Assembly (NCBI GenBank): GCA_030390025.1
Contig: CM059432.1
Coordinates: forward strand, 25,732,001 to 25,796,000
Origin: Squalus acanthias
Lineage: Eukaryota
DNA: 64,000 nt
Reading direction: 5' to 3'
The position numbers were made by a program, and so were the translations under genes. Position 1 is the first letter of the stretch; every line of letters begins with the position of its first letter. The notes beneath the pieces are model-generated. The model worked only from the letters and a program-made list of their open reading frames with translations, was not told where the DNA came from and did not search any database. Of this stretch, positions 57,301 through 64,000 are shown one piece after another.

Positions 57301-60300
57301 TCGCTCCTGGGCCTCGACTTCGCTCCTGGGCCTCGACCTCGCTCCTGGGCCCCGTCCTCGTCCCTGGGCCTCGTCCTCGCTCCTGGGCCTCGTCCTCGCT
57401 CCTGGGTCCTGACCTCGCTCCTGGGCCTTGACCTCGCTCCTGGGCCCGTCCTCGCCCCTGGGCCTCATCCTCGCTCCTGGGCCTCATTCTCGCTCCAGGC
57501 CCTCGACCTCGCTCCTGGGTCCTGACCTCGCTCCTGGGCCTTGACCTCGCTCCTGGGCCCCATGTTCGCCCCTGGGCCTCATCCTCGCTCCTGGGCCTAA
57601 TTCTTGTTCCTGGGCCTCGTCCTCGCTCCTGGGTCCTGACATCGCTCCTGGGCCTCGTCCTCGCTCTTGGGCCTCGACCTCGCTGCTGGGTCCAGACCTC
57701 GCTCCTGGGCCTCATCCTCGCTCCTGGGCCTCGAACTCGCTCCTGGGTCCCGTCGTCGTTCCTGTGTCCCGACCTCGCTCCTGGGTCCCGACCTCGCTCC
57801 TGGGCCCCGACCTTGCTCCTGGGCCTCGACCTCGCTCCTGCGTCCCGTCCTCGCTCCTGGGTCCCGACCTCGCTCCTGGGCCGCGACCTCGCTCCTGGGC
57901 CTCGACCTCGCTCCTGGGTCCCGGCCTCACTCCTGGGCCTCGACCTCGCTCCTGGGTCCCGTGCTCGCTCATGGGCCTCGACCTCACTCCTGGGCCTTGA
58001 CCTCGCTCCTGGGTCCCGACCTCACTCCTGGGCCTCGACCTCGCTCCTGGGCCTCAACCTCGCTCCTGGGCCTCGATTTTGCTCCTGGGTTCCGTCCTCG
58101 CTCCTGGGCCTCGACCTTGCTCCTGGGCACCGACCTCGCTGTTGGGTCTCGTCCTCGCTCCTGGGCCTCATCCTCGCTCCTGGGTCCCGACCTCGCTCCT
58201 GGGCCTCGACCTCGCTCCTTGGTCCCGACCTCGCTCTTGGGCCTCGTCCTCGCTCCTGGGCCTCGACCTCGCTCCTGGGTCCCGACCTCGCTCCTGGGCC
58301 TTGTCCTCGCTCCTGGGCCTCGAACTCGCTCCTGGGCCTCGACCTCGCTCCTGGGCCTCGACCTCACTCCTGGGCCTTGACCTCGCTCCTGGGTCCCGAC
58401 CTCGCTCCTGGGTCCCGTTCTCGCTCCTGGGCCCTGTCCTCGTCCCTGGGCCCATCCTCGTCCCTGGGCCTCGTCCTCGCTCCTGGGCCTCGACCTCGCT
58501 CCTGGGTCCCGTCCTCGTCCCTGGGCCTCATCCTCGCTCCTGGGTCCTGACCTCACTCCTGGGCCTCGTCCTTGCTCCTGGGCCCCGTCCTCACCCCTGG
58601 GTCTAGTTCTCCGCCTGGATCCCGTCCTCGCTCCTGGGTCCCGACCTCGCTCGGGGCCTCGATTTGCTTCTGGGCCCCGTCCTCACTCTCGGGCACCGAC
58701 CTCACTCTTGGGTCTCGTCCTCGCTCCTGGGTCCCGACTCGCTCCTGGGCCTCGACTCGCTCCTGGGCCTCGACCTCACTCCTGGGCCTCGACCTCGCTC
58801 CTGGGGCCCCGTCCTCGTCCCTGGGCCTCGTCCTCGCTCCTGGGCCTCGTCCTCGCTCCCTGGGTCCTGACCTCGCTCCTGGGCCTTGACCTCGCTCCTG
58901 GGCCCCGTCCTCGCCCCTGGGCCTCATCCTCGCTCCTGGGCCTCATTCTCGCTCCAGGCCCTCGACCTCGCTCCTGGGTCCTGACCTCGCTCCTGGGCCT
59001 TGACCTCGCTCCTGGGCCCCATGTTCGCCCCTGGGCCTCATCCTCGCTCCTGGGCCTAATTCTTGTTCCTGGGCCTCGTCCTCGCTCCTGGGTCCTGACA
59101 TCGCTCCTGGGCCTCGTCCTCGCTCTTGGGCCTCGACCTCGCTGCTGGGTCCAGACCTCGCTCCTGGGCCTCATCCTCGCTCCTGGGCCTCGAACTCGCT
59201 CCTGGGTCCCGTCGTCGTTCCTGTGTCCCGACCTCGCTCCTGGGTCCCGACCTCGCTCCTGGCCCCGACCTTGCTCCTGGGCCTCGACCTCGCTCCTGCG
59301 TCCCGTCCTCGCTTCTGGGTCCCGACCTCGCTCCTGGGCCGCGACCTCGCTCCTGTGCCTCGACCTCGCTCCTGGGTCCCGGCCTCACTCTGGGCCTCGA
59401 CCTCGCTCCTGGGTCCCGTGCTCGCTCATGGGCCTCGACCTCACTCCTGGGCCTTGACCTCGCTCTGGGTCCCGACCTCACTCCTGGGCCTCGACCTCGC
59501 TCCTGGGCCTCAACCTCGCTACTGGGCCTCGACCTCGCTCCTGGGTCCCGACCTCGCTCTTGGGCCTCTCCTCGCTCCTGGCCTCGACCTCGCTCCTGGT
59601 CCCGACCTCGCTCCTGGGCCTTGTCCTCGCTCCTGGGCCTCGACCTCGCTCCTGGGTCTCGACCTCGCTCCTGGGTCCTGTTCTTGCTACTGGGGCCCGT
59701 CTCGTCCCTGGGCCTCATCCTCGTCCCTGGGCCTCGTCCTCGCTCATGGGCCTCGACCTCGCTCCTGGGCCCCGTCCTCGTCCCTGGGCCTCGTCCTCGC
59801 TCCTGGCACCGACTCGCTGTTGGGTCTCGTCCTCGCTCCTGGGTCCTGACCTCGCTCCTGGGCCTCGACCTCGCTCCTGGGTCCCGACCTCGCTCCTGGG
59901 TCACGACCTCGCTCCTGGGCCTTGTCTTCGCTTCTGGGCCTCGGCCTCACTCCTGTACCTCGTCCTCGCTTCTGGGTCCCGACATCGGTCCTGGGCCTCG
60001 ACCTCGCTCCTGGGTCCTGACCTCGCTCCTGGGCCTCGACCTCGCTCCTGGGTCCCGACCTCGCTCCTGGGTCACGACCTCGCTCCTGGGCCTTGTCTTC
60101 GCTCCTGGGCCTCGACCTCGCTCCTGGGTCTCGTCCTCGCTCCTGGGTCCCGACCTCGCTCCTGGGCCTCGACCTCGCTCCTGGGCCTCGACCTCGCTCC
60201 TGGGCCTCGACCTCGCGCCTGGGCCCCGTCCTCGCCCCTGGGCCTCATCCTCGCTCCTGGGTCCTGACCTCACTCCTGGGCCTCGTCCTCGCTCCTGGGC

Positions 60301-63300
60301 TCCGTCCTCACCCCTGGGTCTCGTTCTCGCGCCTGGATCCCGTCCTCGCTCCTGGGTCCCGACCTCGCTCCTGGGCCTCGACCTCTCTCCTGGGCCTCGA
60401 CCTCGCTCCTGGGCCTCGGCCTCGCTCCTGGGCCTCGACCTCGGTCCCTGGTCCCGACCTCGGTCCTGGGTCCCGACCTCGTCCTGGGCCTCGACCTCGC
60501 TCCTGGGCCTCGACCTCGATCCAAGGCCTCGACCTCACTCCTGGGCCTCGAACTCGCTCCTGGGTCCCGTCCTCGCTCCTGGGCCTCGTCCTCGCTCCTG
60601 GGCCTCGTCCTCGCTCCTGGGCCTCGACCTTGGTCCTGAGCCTGGTCCTCGCTCCTGGGCCTCGACCTCGATCCAAGGCCTCGACCTCGCTCCTGGGCCT
60701 CGACCTCGCTCCTGGGTCCCGACCTCGCTCCTGGGCCTCGTCCTCGCTCCTGGGCCTCGACCTCGCTCCTGGGCTCGACCTCGCTCCTGAGCCTCGACCT
60801 CGCTCCTGGGTCCCGTCCTCGCTCCTGGGCCTCGACCTCGCTCCTGGGCCTCTGTCCTCGCTCCTGGGTTCCGACCTCGCTCCTGGGACTCGACCTCGCA
60901 CCTGTGCCTCGACATCGCTCCTGGGTCCCGGCCTCACTCCTGGGCCTCGACCTCGCTCCTGGGTCCCGTCCTCGCTCCTGGGCCTCGACCTCACTCCTGG
61001 GCCTTGACCTCGCTCCTGGGTCCCGACCTCACTCCTGGGCCTCGACCTCGCTCCTGGGCCTCAACCTCGCTCCTGGGCCTCGATTTTGCTCCTGGGCCCC
61101 GTCCTCGCTCCTGGGCCTCGACCTCGCTCCTGGGCACCGACCTCACTGTTGGGTCTCGTCCTCGCTCCTGGGCCTCGTCCTCGCTCCTGGGTCCCGACCT
61201 CGCTCCTGGGCCTCGACCTCGCTCCTGGGTCTTGTCCTCGCTCCTGGTCCTCGACCTCGCTCCTGGGTCTCGTCCTCGCTCCTGGGGCCCGACCTCGCTC
61301 CTGGGCCTCGACCTCGCTCCTGGGTCCCGACCTCGCTCCTGGACCTCGACCTCACTCCTGGGCCTCGACCTCGGTCCTGGGTCCCGACCTCGTCCTGGGC
61401 CTCGACCTCGCTCCTGGGCCTCGTCCTCGCTCCTGGGCCTCGACCTCGCTCCTGGGCCTCGACCTCGCTCCTGGGCCCGTCCTCGCTCCTGGGCCTCGAC
61501 CTCGCTCCTGGGCCTCGACCTCGATCCAAGGCCTCGACCTCGCTCCTGGGCCTCGACCTCGCTCCTGGGCCCGACCTCGCTCCTGGGCCTCGACCTCGCT
61601 CCTGGGCCTCGTCCTCGCTCCTGGGCCTCGACCTCGCTCCTGGGCCTCGACCTCGCTCCTGGGCCTCATCCTCGCTCCTGGGCCTCGACCTCGCTCCTGG
61701 GTCCCGACCTCGCTCCTGGGCCTCGACCTCGCTCCTGGGCCTCGACCTCGCTCCTGGGCCCGACCTCGCTCCTGGGCCTCGACCTCGTCCTGGGCCTCGT
61801 CCTCGCTCCTGGGCCTCGACCTCGCTCCTGGGCCTCGACCTCGCTCCTGGGCCTCGACCTCGCTCCTGGGTCCCGACCTCGCTCCTGGGCCTCGACCTCG
61901 CTCCTGGGCCTCGACCTCGCTCCTGGGCCTCGACCTCGCTCCTGGGCCCCGTCCTCGCCCCTGGGCCTCGTCCTCGCTCCTGGGCCTCGTCCTCGCTCCT
62001 GGGTCCCGACCTCGCTCCTGGGCCTTGTCCTCGCTCCTGGGCCCCGTCATCGCCCCTGGGCCTCATCCTCGCTCCTGGGCCTCATTCTTGCTCCAGGCCC
62101 TCGACCTCGCTCCTGGGTCCTGACCTCGCTCCTGGGCCCAGACCTCGCCCCTGGGCCTCATCCTCGCTCCTGGGCCTCATTCTCGCTCCTGGGCCTCGTC
62201 CTCGCTCCTGGGTCCTGACCTCACCCCTGGGCCTCATCCTCGCTCCTGGGCCTCGTCCTAGCTCCTGGGTCCCGACCTCGCTCCTGGGCCTCGTCCTCGC
62301 TCCTGGGCCTCGACCTCGCTCCTGGGTCCCGACCTCACCCCTGGGCCTCATCCTCGTTCCTGGGCCTCGTCCTCGCTCCTGGGCCTCGACCTCGCTCCTG
62401 GGCCTCGACCTCGCTCCTGGGCCTCGACCTCGCTCCTGGGTCCCGACCTCGCTCCTGGGTCCTGACCTCGCTCCTGGGCCTTGACCTCGCTCCTGGGCCC
62501 CGTCCTCGCCCCTGGGCCTCATCCTCGCTCCTGGGCATCATTCTCGCTCCAGGCCCTCGACCTCGCTCCTGGGTCCTGACATCGCTCCTGGGCCTCGTCC
62601 TCGCTCTTGGGCCTCGACCTCGCTGCTGGGTCCAGACCTCGCTCCTGGGCCTCATCCTCGCTCCTGGGCCTCGAACTCGCTCCTGGGTCCCGTCGTCGTT
62701 CCTGTGTCCCGACCTCGCTCCTGGGTCCCGACCTCGCTCCTGGGCCCCGACCTTGCTCCTGGGCCTCGACCTCGCTCCTGCGTCCCGTCCTCGCTCCTGG
62801 GTCCCGACCTCGCTCCTGGGCCGCGACCTCGCTCCTGGGCCTCGATCTCGCTCCTGGGTCCCGACCTCGCTCCTGGGTCTTGTCCTCGCTCCTGGTCCTC
62901 GACCTCGCTCCTGGGTCTCGTCCTCGCTCCTGGGGCCCGACCTCGCTCCTGGGCCTCGACCTCGCTCCTGGGTCCCGACCTCACCCCTGGGCCTCATCCT
63001 CGTTCCTGGGCCTCGACCTCGCTCCTGGGCCTCGACCTCGCTCCTGGGCCTCGACCTCGCTCCTGGGCCCCGTCCTCGTCCCTGGGCCTCGTCCTCGCTC
63101 CTGGGCCTCGTCCTCGCTCCTGGGTCCTGACCTCGCTCCTGGGCCTTGACCTCGCTCCTGGGCCCCGTCATCGCCCCTGGGCCTCATCCTCGCTCCTGGG
63201 CCTCATTCTTGCTCCAGGCCCTCGACCTCGCTCCTGGGTCCTGACCTCGCTCCTGGGCCCAGACCTCGCCCCTGGTGCCTCATCCTCGCTCCTGGGCCTC

Positions 63301-64000
63301 ATTCTCGCTCCTGGGCCTCGTCCTCGCTCCTGGGTCCTGACCTCACCCCTGGGCCTCATCCTCGCTCCTGGGCCTCGTCCTAGCTCCTGGGTCCCGACCT
63401 CGCTCCTGGGCCTCGTCCTCGCTCCTGGGCCTCGACCTCGCTCCTGGGTCCCGACCTCACCCCTGGGCCTCATCCTCGTTCCTGGGCCTCGTCCTCGCTC
63501 CTGGGCCTCGACCTCGCTCCTGGGCCTCGTCCTCGCTCCTGGGTCCTCACCTCGCTCCTGGGCCTTGACCTCGCTCCTGGGCCCCGTCGTCGCCCCTGGG
63601 CCTCATCCTTGCTCCTGGGCCTCATTCTCGCTCCAGACCCTCGACCTCGCTCCTGGGTCCCGACCTCGCTCCTGGGCCTTGACCTCGCTCCTGGGCCCAG
63701 TCCTCGCCCCTGGGCCTCATCCTCGCTCCTGGGCCTCATTCTCGCTCCTGGGCCTCGTCCTCGCTCCTGGGTCCTGACCTCACCCTGGGCCTCATCCTCG
63801 CTCCTGGGCCTCGTCCTAGCTCCTGGGTCCCGACCTCGCTCGTGGGCCTCGTCCTCGCTCCTGGGCCTCGTCTCGCTCCTGGGCCTCGACCTCGCTCCTT
63901 GGTCCCGTCCTCGTCCCTGGGCCTCATCCTCGCTCCTGGGTCCTGACCTCACTCCTGGGCATTGTCCTCGCTCCTGGGCCCCCGTCCTCACCCCTGGGTC
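18397..64000. repeat. Giant 19-bp tandem (mini)satellite array, consensus CTCGCTCCTGGGCCTCGAC, roughly 2,400 units, running off the window end
   Basis: Continuous 19-bp periodicity. Common variants are GGGTCCCG vs GGGCCTCG and GTCC vs GACC, plus CpG-transition variants. The consensus is 9C/5G/4T/1A (74% GC). Unit count is estimated as length/19. Confidence 0.98.
44883..45242. other. Assembly gap (360 N) inside the satellite
   Basis: Run of N with the array on both sides. Confidence 0.99.

Noticed and set aside
18201..63991. Hundreds of long Pro/Arg/Ser/Gly-rich ORFs (up to 834 aa) as a repetitive-protein gene
   Set aside because: The unit length of 19 is not a multiple of 3, all six frames give the same two peptides, stops and indels fall without frame preference, and there are no unique terminal domains.
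18397..64000. CRISPR-like array
   Set aside because: There are no unique spacers and no cas genes. It is a head-to-tail repeat in a vertebrate-type context.
18397..64000. Immunoglobulin switch-like or G-quadruplex region
   Set aside because: AGCT hotspots are rare, the consensus has only one GGG run per 19 bp with ~16-nt loops, and no Ig segments are visible.

Overview
This is eukaryotic, repeat-dominated DNA with no recognisable host gene. The repeat families suggest a cartilaginous fish (shark-like); that assignment is inference from recalled family consensi. Bases 1-18,400 are a dense pile of nested transposon copies: CR1, L2, L1 and RTE LINE fragments, a near full-length CR1-group LINE with a tRNA-like 5' head, several Deu-domain (SacSINE1-like) SINEs, a PIF/Harbinger transposase relic and small MITE-like elements. 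From about 18,397 to the window end (over 45 kb, with a 360-N gap at 44,883-45,242) lies one GC-rich, strand-asymmetric 19-bp tandem array (consensus CTCGCTCCTGGGCCTCGAC). It has nested higher-order structure at about 0.3-1.6 kb, 6 kb, 11 kb and 18 kb. The array grows directly out of the 5' region of an internally deleted RTE retrotransposon, which suggests a satellite seeded from a LINE. The hundreds of Pro/Arg/Ser/Gly-rich ORFs in the array are artefacts of a stop-free 19-mer. I found no convincing novel protein-coding system.
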